A stretch of DNA of 64,000 bases from Alphaproteobacteria bacterium (GTDB taxonomy: Bacteria > Pseudomonadota > Alphaproteobacteria > UBA828): contig CBDEFM010000002.1 in NCBI GenBank assembly GCA_965237415.1, positions 1,728,001 through 1,792,000 on the forward strand, read 5' to 3'. The position numbers were made by a program, and so were the translations under genes. Below the pieces are notes generated by a model that was given only the letters and a program-made list of their open reading frames with translations, was not told the origin of the DNA and did not search any database. Numbering within the stretch: position 1 is the stretch's first letter; each line of letters starts with the position of its first letter. Of the stretch, positions 11,394 through 21,182 are shown in pieces.

Positions 11394-12133
11394 TCGTCCT
11401 CTTCACCGATTTCGGGCCGGGCGGGCCCTACACGGGCCAGATGAAGGCCGTGCTCGCGCGCGAGGCGCCGGGCACGCCTGTGATCGACCTCGCGGACGAC
11501 CTGCCCGCCTGCGAGCCCGAGCCCGCCGCCTATCTGCTCGCGGCGTTCGCGCCGGCGTTTCCGCCGGGCGCGGTCTTTGTCTGCGTGGTCGACCCCGGCG
11601 TCGGCAGCGCCAGGGCGCCGGTCGCGCTCAGTGCCGGCGGGCGCTGGTATGTCGGCCCCGACAACGGCCTTCTCGCCATCGTTGCCCGACGCGCCGGCGA
11701 TGCCCAGTGGTTCACCATCACCTGGAGACCGCCCACCCTCTCCGCCTCCTTCCACGGCCGCGATCTCTTCGCACCGGTGGCGGCCCGGTTGGCCCGCGGC
11801 GAAGCGGTGCCGGGAACGGCGATCGAGGGCGCCGCAACGGTCGGTGCCGCATGGCCGGAAGACCGCGCGGCAATCGTCTATATCGACCCCTACGGCAACG
11901 CGATGACGGGGATACGCGCGGCCCAACTGGCGGAGGACACGGTCGTCGTCGCGGGCGCCCGGCGGCTCGGGCGGCTCCGCACGTTCTCCGACGCGGCGCC
12001 GGGGGCGGCCTTCTGGTACGAGAACGCAAACGGGCTCGCCGAAATCGCGGTCAACCAAGGCCGGGCGGATCGGGTGCTGGGGCTCAGGGTGGGAACACCG
12101 GTCAGCATCGAGACGGCGGGTCGCGACGGATGA
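11390..12133 (+). CDS. SAM hydroxide adenosyltransferase (DUF62; chlorinase/fluorinase superfamily)
   Basis: TDFG, VVDPGVGSAR, GPDNG, SFHGRDLFAP, YIDPYGN, EIAVNQG; GTGA overlap with SDR stop. Confidence 0.88.
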   Translation: MIVLFTDFGPGGPYTGQMKAVLAREAPGTPVIDLADDLPACEPEPAAYLLAAFAPAFPPGAVFVCVVDPGVGSARAPVALSAGGRWYVGPDNGLLAIVARRAGDAQWFTITWRPPTLSASFHGRDLFAPVAARLARGEAVPGTAIEGAATVGAAWPEDRAAIVYIDPYGNAMTGIRAAQLAEDTVVVAGARRLGRLRTFSDAAPGAAFWYENANGLAEIAVNQGRADRVLGLRVGTPVSIETAGRDG

Positions 12134-12855
12134 CGGGCTGGCGGCCGAACGGGGACCAGATTCGCGCGGGCGCACTTGCCGGTGCCGACCTCTCGCGCTT
12201 CGACCTGCAGGGCTTTCACTTCCGCCGGGCCGACCTGCGCGGGGCGAGCTTCGCCGGAAGCATCCTTCGCGAGGTCGATCTCTGGTCCGCCGACCTCACC
12301 GGCGCCGACCTCACCGGCGCGAACCTGCGCCTGGCGACGTTCAAGGGCGCAAACCTGCAAGGCGCGCGGCTCGCCGGCGCGGACCTCTGGAGCGCCGATC
12401 TCAAGGTCGCCGACCTGGGCGGCGCCATTCTCTCGGAGTGCAATCTCGCTCAAGCCGAGCTCGCCGGCGCGAAGTGCCGGGGGGCGGACTTCAGCTGCGC
12501 TGAGCTCTACTGCGCCGACCTTCGCCTCGCCGACCTGGAGGACGCCAATCTCGGCCGCGCGGACGGGCGCCTCGCGAAGCTGGAGGAGGCGGTGCTGATC
12601 GGCGCCAACCTGCGCGATGCGAACTTCTCGGGCGCGAGCTTCAAGCGCGCGCGGCTGGCCACGGCCGACCTGGGAGGCGCCAACCTGCGCGAAGCGAATT
12701 TTCGCGAGGCCGACCTGATTCGTGCCGACTTTCGCGGGGCAGAGGTCGCCGACGCCTTCTTCGGCCAAGCCAATCTCGACGGCACCGTGATGCCGGACGG
12801 CACCATCGAATCGACCACCCTGCGTCACTGGGCGCCGCCCGAGGAAGACGCGTAG
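12130..12855 (+). CDS. Pentapeptide repeat protein
   Basis: Long run of A(D/N)LxG-type pentapeptides, ending in MPDG; ATGA overlap with upstream gene. Confidence 0.9.
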   Translation: MTGWRPNGDQIRAGALAGADLSRFDLQGFHFRRADLRGASFAGSILREVDLWSADLTGADLTGANLRLATFKGANLQGARLAGADLWSADLKVADLGGAILSECNLAQAELAGAKCRGADFSCAELYCADLRLADLEDANLGRADGRLAKLEEAVLIGANLRDANFSGASFKRARLATADLGGANLREANFREADLIRADFRGAEVADAFFGQANLDGTVMPDGTIESTTLRHWAPPEEDA

Positions 12856-12866
12856 GCGTCCGAGCC

Positions 12867-12917
12867 CCGCACCATGGTGCGGTGGAGGGCGCAGGCTCGG
12901 CGCGCCAGCATCGCGTC
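12867..12917 (+). promoter_or_regulatory. Putative activator-dependent leaderless promoter: perfect 16-bp palindrome at -51..-36, CAGCAT at -12..-7
   Basis: CCGCACCATGGTGCGG 12867-12882; CAGCAT 12906-12911; ATG 12918; same spacing in three other copies. Confidence 0.65.
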
Positions 12918-13645
12918 ATGCAAAACGAAACCCAAAAGACAACGACAGCCGCGACGTTCGGGCGTTCCTCGATCGCGCGGCTGCCGCCGGAGCTTCGCGA
13001 GGCCGTCGATGCGGCCATCGCAGACGGCGCCACCATCGACGAAATCGCGGATCTCATCCGGGGCGAGGGCGGCGCGTGCTCGCGCTCGGCCGTCGGCCGC
13101 TACACCAAGAACGTCCGCGACCTGATTCGCCAACAGCAGGAGGCCGACCGCGCCAACGAGGCGTGGGTGCGCGCGCTCGGCGAGCGCGCCGAGGGTCGGG
13201 CCGGGCTCATCCTGATCGAGACCCTGCGGACTTTGACGCTCTCCACCCTGGCCGAACTCAGCAAGCGCGAGACGCCGCCGACGCCGGAAGAGCTTGGCCG
13301 TCTCTCGCTGGTCCTCAAGCGCATCGAGGGCACGGACAAGCTCCGCCTCCAGCGGGAGCAGGCGGCGGCGAAGGCAGCCAGGGCCGCGCCCGGCGCGGGG
13401 CAGGCACCGGGGCAGGCACCGCCCAGGAAGGGCCTCTCGCCCGAGGCCGTCGCCGCCATCCGCGAGGTCGTCGAGGGGAGGCCCCGCCCGCCTGGGCGGG
13501 CCGTCTCATCGGCGCCGGTCGACCCGTGGAATCCTTCGGAATCCCACTTAATCCCACTTAAACCCGGCGAATCCCGCACAGGAATTGAGTTTGGCCCGAG
13601 TGGGATGGCGGAGCCGGACAGCGACAGTCGCGAAATTGCGGGCTA
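12867..13645 (+). repeat. Dispersed cassette copy B (carries intact DUF3486-like ORF)
   Basis: Dyad leader; five roughly 10-bp AATCCC-type units 13529-13578; tail to 13645 alignable to copies A and D. Confidence 0.85.
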
Positions 13646-13697
13646 CGCGCCCACGTCGACGATGGCCACCACTGGGCCGCCGCCCTGCGGGCCCTGA
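12918..13697 (+). CDS. DUF3486 / phage Mu gp27-like protein (small-terminase-like), orphan
   Basis: [29 protein letters not shown]...SRSAVGRY...LIETLRTL...[12 protein letters not shown] resembles the Mu gp27 family; 3' end overlaps the convergent gene by 55 bp. Confidence 0.72.
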   Translation: MQNETQKTTTAATFGRSSIARLPPELREAVDAAIADGATIDEIADLIRGEGGACSRSAVGRYTKNVRDLIRQQQEADRANEAWVRALGERAEGRAGLILIETLRTLTLSTLAELSKRETPPTPEELGRLSLVLKRIEGTDKLRLQREQAAAKAARAAPGAGQAPGQAPPRKGLSPEAVAAIREVVEGRPRPPGRAVSSAPVDPWNPSESHLIPLKPGESRTGIEFGPSGMAEPDSDSREIAGYAPTSTMATTGPPPCGP

Positions 13698-14737
13698 TGC
13701 ATCGCATCGACCGAGACGAACACGGCGGGATCGCCGATCGCCGCCGCCGCGACACCGCCCACGGCGCCCTTGGAATGGCGGTGATGGTGGACGTCGGAAT
13801 CGTCCAGCATGATCTGGCGGCGCCCGCGCAAGCGCGCGGTGCGGTCGGCCTCGCACTTGATGAAGCAGTTGACGAGCTTGTCGCCGAGATCGGCGGCGCG
13901 CGGGCGCTCCGGCAGGTTGAGGCCGGCGTTACGGATGCCGTCGTAGATGCCGTCGATGTCGAGGGCGTCCTGCATCACGCCGTGGCCGATGCGGAAGCGC
14001 CCGCCGGCCCCCGGCGCGTTGCCGAAGAGGACGATCTGCCCGCGGTCGAGCTCGACGCCAGAGGAGCAGGAGGCGACCGAGGAGTAGAGATCAAGATTGC
14101 GGCAGATTTCGTGGGCCGCCGGCATGCCGACTTCGCCGAGCGCGACGGCAATGCCGAGGCCGGTGGTGCCGTTGGAGACCCCCATCGATTCATGGACCTC
14201 GCAGGCCACGGTCTCGCCCCGCCCGTGCGCGTCCTGCACCGTGTCGATGGTGAGCAGCGGCGTCTTGGTCTGCACGTAGTGGACATTCGCAGGGTCGCCG
14301 ATGCCCGCATCGGCCATCGCCGCGCGCACGCTGTCGGCGATCTTCTCCACCATCGCCGGCCGGCCGATGTCCTCGGGCAGGATTGGCGCGCTCATGGCGG
14401 TCCCCATGGCGAGGCGCAGCGTGTCGTCGGGCCCGCTCTCATCGTTGCGGGCGAAGACGGTCGCATGGGGGGTGAGCACGCCATCGCAGCCGCCCGACCA
14501 GACCATGGGGATTTCGCCGACCTCGACTTCGCTGCGCGTGCCGTGCTTGAGGAGGACGCCGCGGAAGGCGCTGTCCGACAGGATGCGGGTGAAGTCGTTG
14601 ACCCCGCCGTTGCCCTCCGTCTTACCGATGACGGCGACGACGGAATCCGCCGCCATGCGGCCCGACGCGATGAGTTCCTCCAGGCCCGAGGCATCCGCGA
14701 CCGATTTGATCTCGATCTTCGCAACGTCGATCGCCAT
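13643..14737 (-). CDS. Ring-opening amidohydrolase of the AtzD/barbiturase family, barbiturase-like
   Basis: [45 protein letters not shown]. Confidence 0.88.
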   Translation of the reverse strand: MAIDVAKIEIKSVADASGLEELIASGRMAADSVVAVIGKTEGNGGVNDFTRILSDSAFRGVLLKHGTRSEVEVGEIPMVWSGGCDGVLTPHATVFARNDESGPDDTLRLAMGTAMSAPILPEDIGRPAMVEKIADSVRAAMADAGIGDPANVHYVQTKTPLLTIDTVQDAHGRGETVACEVHESMGVSNGTTGLGIAVALGEVGMPAAHEICRNLDLYSSVASCSSGVELDRGQIVLFGNAPGAGGRFRIGHGVMQDALDIDGIYDGIRNAGLNLPERPRAADLGDKLVNCFIKCEADRTARLRGRRQIMLDDSDVHHHRHSKGAVGGVAAAAIGDPAVFVSVDAMHQGPQGGGPVVAIVDVGA

Positions 14738-14777
14738 GTCTCTCTCCCCTCCGGCGGCAGAGCGCCGCCCGCCACTC

Positions 14778-16031
14778 TCAGGACCAGGCGGTGCGCCGCT
14801 GGGTCACGGTTTCGGCGACGACGCGGCCGCGCTTGATCACGTGGGTGCGGTCCGCACGCCTGGTCAGCGCTTCCAGCGGGTCGGCCGCGTCGATAACCAC
14901 CAGATCGGCGACGCAGCCGGGCGCGGCGCCATAGTCGGTGAGGCCCATGGCGCGCGCCGCGGCGCCGGTCTGCATGTCGAAGACCGTCTCGATCTCCTGC
15001 GGGCGGCTCATGTGCGCCGCGTGGGTCGCGAGGAACATCACCTCCAGCGGATCCCCGCGCCCGAAGGGGTAGAAGGGATCGCGGATGCAATCCTGGCCAC
15101 AGGAGACGTTGACGCCGGCCTCCAGCAGTTCCTTCACGCGGGTGATGCCGCGCCGCTTCGGCTGCGCGTCGCCGCGACCCTGGAGCATCAGATTGGTCGC
15201 CGGGTTCGCGATCATGTGGATGCCCGCGTCCCTCACGAGGCCGATGACCCGGTTGGCGTAGTCCTCCTCATAGCCCGCGAGCGCGCAGGTGTGGCCGGCG
15301 GTGACGCGCCCCTGCCAGCTCTGCGCCATCGTCTGCTCGGCCAGCACTTCGAGAGTCTTGGCGTCGGGGTCGTCGGTCTCGTCCACGTGCATGTCGATGT
15401 CGGCGTCGTGGTGCGCCGCGATCTCGAAGGCGAGCGCAATGTGGCGCGCGCTGTCCGCCGGCGTCGCCTCGTTGAAGGGCATGCCGCCCACCAGATCGGC
15501 GCCCGCCTCCATCGCCTTCCACATCAGATCGTCGGTGCCCTTGTCCTTGAAGATGCCCTCCTGCGGGAAGGCCACGATCTGAACGTCGGCGATGTCGCGG
15601 GTGCGCTCGCGCGCCTCAAGGACGCCTTCGAGCGGACGCAGGCCGCCGATGCTGTCCACATCGACATGGCTGCGAATTCGCGTGACCCCGTGAGCAACGG
15701 CGGACCGGATGGTGCGCGTCGCCCGCGCGGCGATCTCCTCCACGGTGTAGGCGCGCTTCCGCTCCCAGATGATCTCGATGGCCTCGTCGAGGGTGCCGGA
15801 GCGATTGGGCCTGACATCGTCGTTGATCTGCGCCTTGTCGAGGTGGATATGCGGCTCCAGAAAGCCGGCCACGCAAAGGCGCCCGCCGGCATCGATGGTG
15901 CGCTCGGCCGCGGCCGCACCCCCTGGGGGTGGGGCGACGAAGCGGCCGTCGTGCACGAAAAGGTCGCGCGGCGCTTCCTCCCGCCAGAGATGCGCACCCG
16001 TGATCGCCAGGTCGACCCGATCGTCCGTCAT
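14778..16031 (-). CDS. Metal-dependent amidohydrolase (cytosine deaminase/AtzC-like)
   Basis: [41 protein letters not shown]. Confidence 0.88.
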   Translation of the reverse strand: MTDDRVDLAITGAHLWREEAPRDLFVHDGRFVAPPPGGAAAAERTIDAGGRLCVAGFLEPHIHLDKAQINDDVRPNRSGTLDEAIEIIWERKRAYTVEEIAARATRTIRSAVAHGVTRIRSHVDVDSIGGLRPLEGVLEARERTRDIADVQIVAFPQEGIFKDKGTDDLMWKAMEAGADLVGGMPFNEATPADSARHIALAFEIAAHHDADIDMHVDETDDPDAKTLEVLAEQTMAQSWQGRVTAGHTCALAGYEEDYANRVIGLVRDAGIHMIANPATNLMLQGRGDAQPKRRGITRVKELLEAGVNVSCGQDCIRDPFYPFGRGDPLEVMFLATHAAHMSRPQEIETVFDMQTGAAARAMGLTDYGAAPGCVADLVVIDAADPLEALTRRADRTHVIKRGRVVAETVTQRRTAWS

Positions 16032-16063
16032 CGTTCGCTCCTCCCTCAGACTCAGGCGCCTGC

Positions 16064-17509
16064 CTATGAGGCGCCGTCTCCCGCCGTGTCCGGCATGGTT
16101 GCCGACGCGACGACGCCCAAGCGGGCCAGCGTCTCCTCCCGGCCCAGCGCAACCATGACGGCGAAGATCCCAGGAGACGCGTGCGCACCCGTCAGTGCTG
16201 CCCGGAGCGGCTGCGCGATGGCGCCGAGCCCGACGTCCTCGTCCTCGACAAAGCCGCGGACGGCGCCTTCGAGAGCCGACTCGTCCCAGGCCGCGTTGTC
16301 CTGCAGGGCGGCTTTCAGACGGCTAAGGCGGGCCCGCGCCTCGCTGCCGCCCTCGCCGAGCAGCCGCGCCGCCTTGGGCGTCATGGCGAGCGGCCGATCG
16401 CACACCAGAAACGACAGATTGTCGGCAAGCTCGGGCAGCGTCTTCGCACGCGCCTTCGCCTCGGGCAGCAGGGCCGCGATGCGCCTGCGCCCTTCGTCCG
16501 TGGCGGCCGCCGGGTGGCGCTCGGCGAGTCGCTGCTCGACGCCGGCCAGCAGTTCAGAATCGGCGCTCTCGCGAATGTAATGGCCGTTGAGGCTCAGCAG
16601 CTTCTCCATGTCGAAGCGCGCAGCGCCGCGGTTCACCGCATCGAGGTCGAACCAGGCGACGGCCTGGGCGGTGTCGATGATCTCGTCGTCGCCGTGACTC
16701 CAGCCGAGCCTGAGCAGCGCGTTGCGCATGGCGGCGGGCAGAACGCCGAGCTCGGCATAGGCGCCGACGGCGACCGCGCCGTGCCGCTTGGAGAGCTTCG
16801 CGCCGTCGGGGCCGTGGATCAGCGGGATATGGGCGTAGGCCGGCGGCTCCCACCCAAGCGCGCGGAAGAGCTGGGTCTGGCGAAAGGCGTTGGTGAGGTG
16901 GTCGTCCCCCCGGATGGCATGGGTGATCCCCATGTCGTGGTCATCGACGACGACCGAGAGCATGTACGTCGGCGTGCCGTCGGCCCGTAGAAGCACCATG
17001 TCGTCGAGAGCGCTATTGTCGATCTGGACATCACGCTGTACCAGATCGGATATGATTAGTTCCCCCTCCTGCGGTGCCCGGAAGCGGATGACAGGGGCGA
17101 CGCCGGGCGGCGCCTCCGCCTCATCGCGGTTGCGCCAGCGCCCGTCGTAGAGCGCGGCCCGGCCCTGGGCGCGTGCCTCGGCGCGCATGACCTCCAGCTC
17201 CTCCGGCGTGCAATAGCAGCGGTAGGCCCCGCCGGCGGCGAGGAGCCCGTGCGCGACCTCGACATGGCGCTGCCTGCGCTCGGACTGGCGCACGATTTCG
17301 CCGTCCCATTCGAGGCCGAGCCAAGTCAGCCCGTCGATGATCGCGGCGATTGCCTCGGGCGTCGAGCGCTTGCGATCAGTGTCCTCCAGCCGAAGCCGAA
17401 ATGTGCCGCCGTGGTGGCGGGCATAGAGCCAGTTGAAGAGGGCGGTCCGCGCGCCACCGAGATGCAGCATGCCGGTTGGCGATGGCGCGAAGCGCGTGAC
17501 GACGCTCAT
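16064..17509 (-). CDS. gltX: Glutamate--tRNA ligase
   Basis: [13 protein letters not shown] (HIGH-like), [15 protein letters not shown] (KMSKS-like). Confidence 0.96.
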   Translation of the reverse strand: MSVVTRFAPSPTGMLHLGGARTALFNWLYARHHGGTFRLRLEDTDRKRSTPEAIAAIIDGLTWLGLEWDGEIVRQSERRQRHVEVAHGLLAAGGAYRCYCTPEELEVMRAEARAQGRAALYDGRWRNRDEAEAPPGVAPVIRFRAPQEGELIISDLVQRDVQIDNSALDDMVLLRADGTPTYMLSVVVDDHDMGITHAIRGDDHLTNAFRQTQLFRALGWEPPAYAHIPLIHGPDGAKLSKRHGAVAVGAYAELGVLPAAMRNALLRLGWSHGDDEIIDTAQAVAWFDLDAVNRGAARFDMEKLLSLNGHYIRESADSELLAGVEQRLAERHPAAATDEGRRRIAALLPEAKARAKTLPELADNLSFLVCDRPLAMTPKAARLLGEGGSEARARLSRLKAALQDNAAWDESALEGAVRGFVEDEDVGLGAIAQPLRAALTGAHASPGIFAVMVALGREETLARLGVVASATMPDTAGDGAS

Positions 17510-17638
17510 CTGCGGTCTCACCCCCGGCGGATAGCACTGCGGTTGGCCACGGATCGGAACGGTCGAGCGTTTAGCATATCGCCCGGCTGCAGGCGACCGG
17601 CCGCGGAGGAGGAAAGGCGGTCTCCCCTCTCTACTCCC

Positions 17639-17943
17639 CCGGACCATGGTGCGATGTGCAGTGCCAGGCTCCTGCGTCAGGCTCACGCCATGGAGCGCCA
17701 AACTGGGTTGGTCGCGGTGGGCACGTTGAGCGAGCGGGCGGGAAACGATCTCGCGCTCAACACCCTGCGGGCGTGCGCGACCCGGGTCCGGGCCGCGGCC
17801 GCCAGCAACAACTGTCTGCCGGGCCATCCAGTGGGAGGCTTCGCCGTGAACGCTCCGTCGGGCCGCCGGCACCGGTCCGGCGGAACCCCACTCATCCCGC
17901 CTATCCCACTTAATCCCGCTGAATCCCGCCTCAAATTAACTCA
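17639..17943 (+). repeat. Dispersed cassette copy C (short/degenerate)
   Basis: CCGGACCATGGTGCGA 17639-17654, CAGGCT 17678-17683, ATG 17690; 20-bp ACCCTGCGGGCGTGCGCGAC shared exactly with copy A; ATCCC array about 17883-17930. Confidence 0.82.
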
Positions 17944-18111
17944 AAGGCTTATCCCCTTGCTTCCGGTTCGTCTAGATATTGACCTACGCAATGCAACGGT
18001 TTCAGCCGGCGGACTCAGAAAATCACAGCGCAGCCCGTGCCTTATCCGGGCCTTCCAGCAGTGGGAAGGCACGCAACATCATGCGCTCCCGGAGCCAAGG
18101 GGATAAGCCTT
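17944..18111. mobile_element. MITE, 168 bp, IS1595-family-like ends
   Basis: Perfect 16-bp TIRs AAGGCTTATCCCCTTG (17944-17959) / CAAGGGGATAAGCCTT (18096-18111), extendable to 21/23; flanked by 8-bp direct repeat TTAACTCA (17936-17943, 18112-18119). Confidence 0.85.
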
Positions 18112-18167
18112 TTAACTCATTCCCGCATCGAGCGGGATGCCGGTGGAGCGCCCGCGTGCTGAGGAAC

Positions 18168-20264
18168 GTGGACGGCGTGCGCGCCCATCTCGGCGCGGCA
18201 TGGGCCGCCGAGCGTCAGCGTGTGTTCCTCTGGGTGCCGGTCCTCTTTGGCGCGGGCGGCGGCCTCTATCTCACGCTACCGGTGGAGCCGATCGGATGGA
18301 TCGCGCCGGCCGCCGCGGGGCTCTTCGCGCTCGCGGCGCTGCTGCTGCGCCGACACACTGCTCCGGCTCTCGGACTCGCGGCGCTGGCACTGCTCGCCGC
18401 CGGGGTCGCCGCCGCCGACTGGCGCACCGACCGCGTCAGCGCGCCGGTGCTCGCCGGCCCCATCGGCCCGACCGACGTTTCCGGGCGTGTGGTCTGGGTC
18501 GGTGCCGGCGACGGCCCTCAGCGTTACCTCCTGGATCGCGTGAGCATCGGGGGCCTGGCAGCGGCGGAGACGCCCGCGCGCGTGCGGATCAGCGCTCGCA
18601 GCACGGTCCCGGACGACGTGGGCGTGCCGGGATCGTGGCTCACGGCGCGCGCTTCGCTCAGGCCGCCGCCGGCACCGGCCGAACCCGGGGCGTGGGACTT
18701 CGCGCGGCAGGCGTGGTTCCAGCGGATCGGCGCCGTCGGCTTCGTTTACGGTGCGCCGACGCCGATGGCCGCGCCTGAGGGTGAAGGCGGCGGCTTGCTC
18801 TCGCTGCTGTCGCAAGCCCGCCACTGGGTCTCCGCGCGGATTCTCGCTCACACCGCACCGTCGGCCGGGCCGTTCGCGACGGCGCTACTCACCGGCGATC
18901 GGAGTTCCATCGAGAAGAAGACGCTGAGCGCGATGCGGGATTCCGGCCTCGCCCATCTTCTGGCGATCTCGGGGCTTCATGTCGGCCTCGTCGCCGGGTT
19001 CATCTTCTTCGCCGCACGCGGCCTGCTGGCGCTGATCGAGCCGGTCGCGCTCAGGATGCCGATCAAAAAATGGGCGGCGGGATGCGCACTGCTCGGCGCT
19101 GCGGCCTATCTGCTGCTATCCGGCATGAGCGTGCCGACACAGCGGGCGTTCCTCATGGTTTCTGTCGTGCTGCTCGCGATCATGCTGGACCGCGCGAGCC
19201 TTTCAATGCGCCTGATCGCCTGGGCGGCGCTCCTGGTGCTTGCGATCGCGCCCGAGAGCATGCTCGGGCCGAGCTTCCAGATGTCCTTCGCTGCGGCGAC
19301 TGCGCTGATCGCGACCTACGAAGCGGCGCGTGGCACCTTCGCCCGCCTGGCGGCGCGCGGCGGTCTCGCGCTCCGCCCCCTCGTCTACGCGGCAGGCGTG
19401 TTGCTCACCTCCCTGGTCGCTGGCATCGCCACCGGCCCGTTCGCGGTCTACCACTTCAACCGTATCGCCGACTACGGCCTCCTCGCCAATCTGGGCGCGG
19501 TGCCGATCACCGGTTTCTGGATCATGCCCTGGGGGCTGGTTGCGCTTCTGCTCATGCCGTTCGGGCTCGAAGGGATAGCGCTCGCTCCGATGGGGTGGGG
19601 AATCGACGCGGTGGTGTGGATCGCCCGCCAGGTGGCCGCGCAGCCGGGGGCGGTCACGCTCGTACCGGCGATGCCGGCGGCGGCCCTGCTTGCGATCGCG
19701 GTGGGCGGCCTGTGGCTCTGCCTCTGGCGAAGCCGCTGGCGCTTTCTCGGCATCGCAGTCATTGGCTGCGGGATGGTGATCGCGGGCCTGGAACGCCGGC
19801 CAGACATCTTGGTCGACGGAGACGCAAAGGTGATGGCGGTGCGCGGCGAGGACGGGGAGCTTTGGCTCTCCACCCGTCAACGGGGGCGCTTCGTGAGCAA
19901 CGTCTGGCTCAGGCGGGACGGGCAGGCGGAGACACCGACCTGGCCGCGAGACGGCGAAGGCGCGCCTGCTGCCGGCCTTCGCTGCGATACGCTCGGGTGC
20001 ATTCAGCGGCGCGGGGAGAGAACCATCGCGTTCGTGCGCGATCCGCGCGCTTTCGACGAAGACTGCAGCCAAGCCGATCTCGTCGTCAGCACCGTCCCGG
20101 CCTGGAACCTTTGCCCCGGTCCCGAGACGGTGGTGGACCGATTCGACCTTTGGCGCGGCGGCAGCCACGCGATATGGCTCGCGCCGGACGGGGTCCGTGT
20201 GGAAAGCGTGGCTGAGTCGCGCGGGAAGCGGCCGTGGGTCGCCCGCCGCGGTTCGCCTCAGTAG
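18168..20264 (+). CDS. comEC: ComEC/Rec2 competence membrane protein (start uncertain)
   Basis: [26 protein letters not shown] motifs; multiple transmembrane segments; located between gltX and lexA. Confidence 0.9.
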   Translation: MDGVRAHLGAAWAAERQRVFLWVPVLFGAGGGLYLTLPVEPIGWIAPAAAGLFALAALLLRRHTAPALGLAALALLAAGVAAADWRTDRVSAPVLAGPIGPTDVSGRVVWVGAGDGPQRYLLDRVSIGGLAAAETPARVRISARSTVPDDVGVPGSWLTARASLRPPPAPAEPGAWDFARQAWFQRIGAVGFVYGAPTPMAAPEGEGGGLLSLLSQARHWVSARILAHTAPSAGPFATALLTGDRSSIEKKTLSAMRDSGLAHLLAISGLHVGLVAGFIFFAARGLLALIEPVALRMPIKKWAAGCALLGAAAYLLLSGMSVPTQRAFLMVSVVLLAIMLDRASLSMRLIAWAALLVLAIAPESMLGPSFQMSFAAATALIATYEAARGTFARLAARGGLALRPLVYAAGVLLTSLVAGIATGPFAVYHFNRIADYGLLANLGAVPITGFWIMPWGLVALLLMPFGLEGIALAPMGWGIDAVVWIARQVAAQPGAVTLVPAMPAAALLAIAVGGLWLCLWRSRWRFLGIAVIGCGMVIAGLERRPDILVDGDAKVMAVRGEDGELWLSTRQRGRFVSNVWLRRDGQAETPTWPRDGEGAPAAGLRCDTLGCIQRRGERTIAFVRDPRAFDEDCSQADLVVSTVPAWNLCPGPETVVDRFDLWRGGSHAIWLAPDGVRVESVAESRGKRPWVARRGSPQ

Positions 20265-20965
20265 CGGCGAAGGATGCCCTTGAGCTGCCCCTGAACCTTG
20301 ACCCGGCCGGGGCCGAAGATTCGCGTCTCGAAGCGCTTGTTCGCGGGCTCCAGCGCGATCGACTCGCCCTTCCGGCGCAGCCGCTTGAGCGTCACCTCGC
20401 TGTCGTCGACCAGGGCCACGACGATGGCACCGTTCTCGGCTGTCTCGCACCGCTCGATCACGGCGGTATCGCCATCGAGAATTCCGGCTTCGATCATCGA
20501 ATCGCCATCGACTTCCAGCGCGTAATGCTCACCCGCGCCCAGCATCGTGCCGGGGACATCGGTATGGTTGGTCTCGTCGCGCAATGCCTCGATGGGCGTA
20601 CCGGCAGCGATGCGGCCATAGAGCGGTAGCGCCACGCTGGCCCGATCGTCGGACGGGCGCTCGGTCCCCCGCCCGGAGCGGAAATCGCCCTTGATGACGC
20701 TCGGCCGAAAGCGCCGGCCCGGCTGCCGCTCCGGCCCGCTGGCGGCTCGCGACGGCGGCGGCCGCAATACCTCCAGCGCCCGCGCCCGATGCGGCAACCG
20801 TCGCAGGAACCCACGCTCCTCAAGCGCCTTGACGAGCCGGTGGATGCCGGATTTGGACTTGAGGTTGACCGCTTCCTTCATCTCTTCGAACGAGGGTGCG
20901 ATCCCCCGGCTGTCGAGATAGGAATCAATGAACAGCAGGAGCTCTTTCTGTTTCTTGGTCAGCAT
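20258..20965 (-). CDS. lexA: SOS repressor LexA
   Basis: [25 protein letters not shown] cleavage site, GDSM, VTLKR. Confidence 0.96.
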   Translation of the reverse strand: MLTKKQKELLLFIDSYLDSRGIAPSFEEMKEAVNLKSKSGIHRLVKALEERGFLRRLPHRARALEVLRPPPSRAASGPERQPGRRFRPSVIKGDFRSGRGTERPSDDRASVALPLYGRIAAGTPIEALRDETNHTDVPGTMLGAGEHYALEVDGDSMIEAGILDGDTAVIERCETAENGAIVVALVDDSEVTLKRLRRKGESIALEPANKRFETRIFGPGRVKVQGQLKGILRRY

Positions 20966-21010
20966 CGCAAGATCTCCATAGGCCGAACAAAGGGGCAACT
21001 GGCGCTTTTT

Positions 21011-21025
21011 GTTCTAGTTTGGTTC
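21011..21025. promoter_or_regulatory. Alphaproteobacterial SOS box upstream of lexA
   Basis: GTTC-TAGTTTG-GTTC (GTTC-N7-GTTC); second degenerate GAAC-N7-CAAC at 20985-20999. Confidence 0.85.
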
Positions 21026-21182
21026 GCCAGCCATGTCAAGAGGCGTGCCTGACCGTTCTCCCACAGGGCCAACTCCATCGACAGAAGCGGTCAATCAATG
21101 CGCTACCAAGACGACCCAATGCACTTGCTGGCGACAGTCCGGTCAGCCCGGAATGCCCGCCAGGATCATGATCCGCAAGGAA

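Noticed and set aside
11390-12133. Fluorinase/chlorinase (halogenase) activity
   Set aside because: It carries the DPGVG..R and FHGRD residues of the hydroxide adenosyltransferase branch, and no halometabolite cluster is adjacent.
12130-12855. Qnr-type quinolone resistance gene
   Set aside because: Generic A(D/N)LxG repeats with no recognisable Qnr-specific features or mobile resistance context.
12867-13697. Prophage
   Set aside because: Only a single gp27-like ORF per site; no structural, lysis, integrase or transposase genes, and the flanks are intact metabolic genes.
17249-18106. 285-aa ORF spanning the gltX-comEC gap
   Set aside because: A composite of gltX antisense, cassette C and MITE sequence; not a coherent gene.
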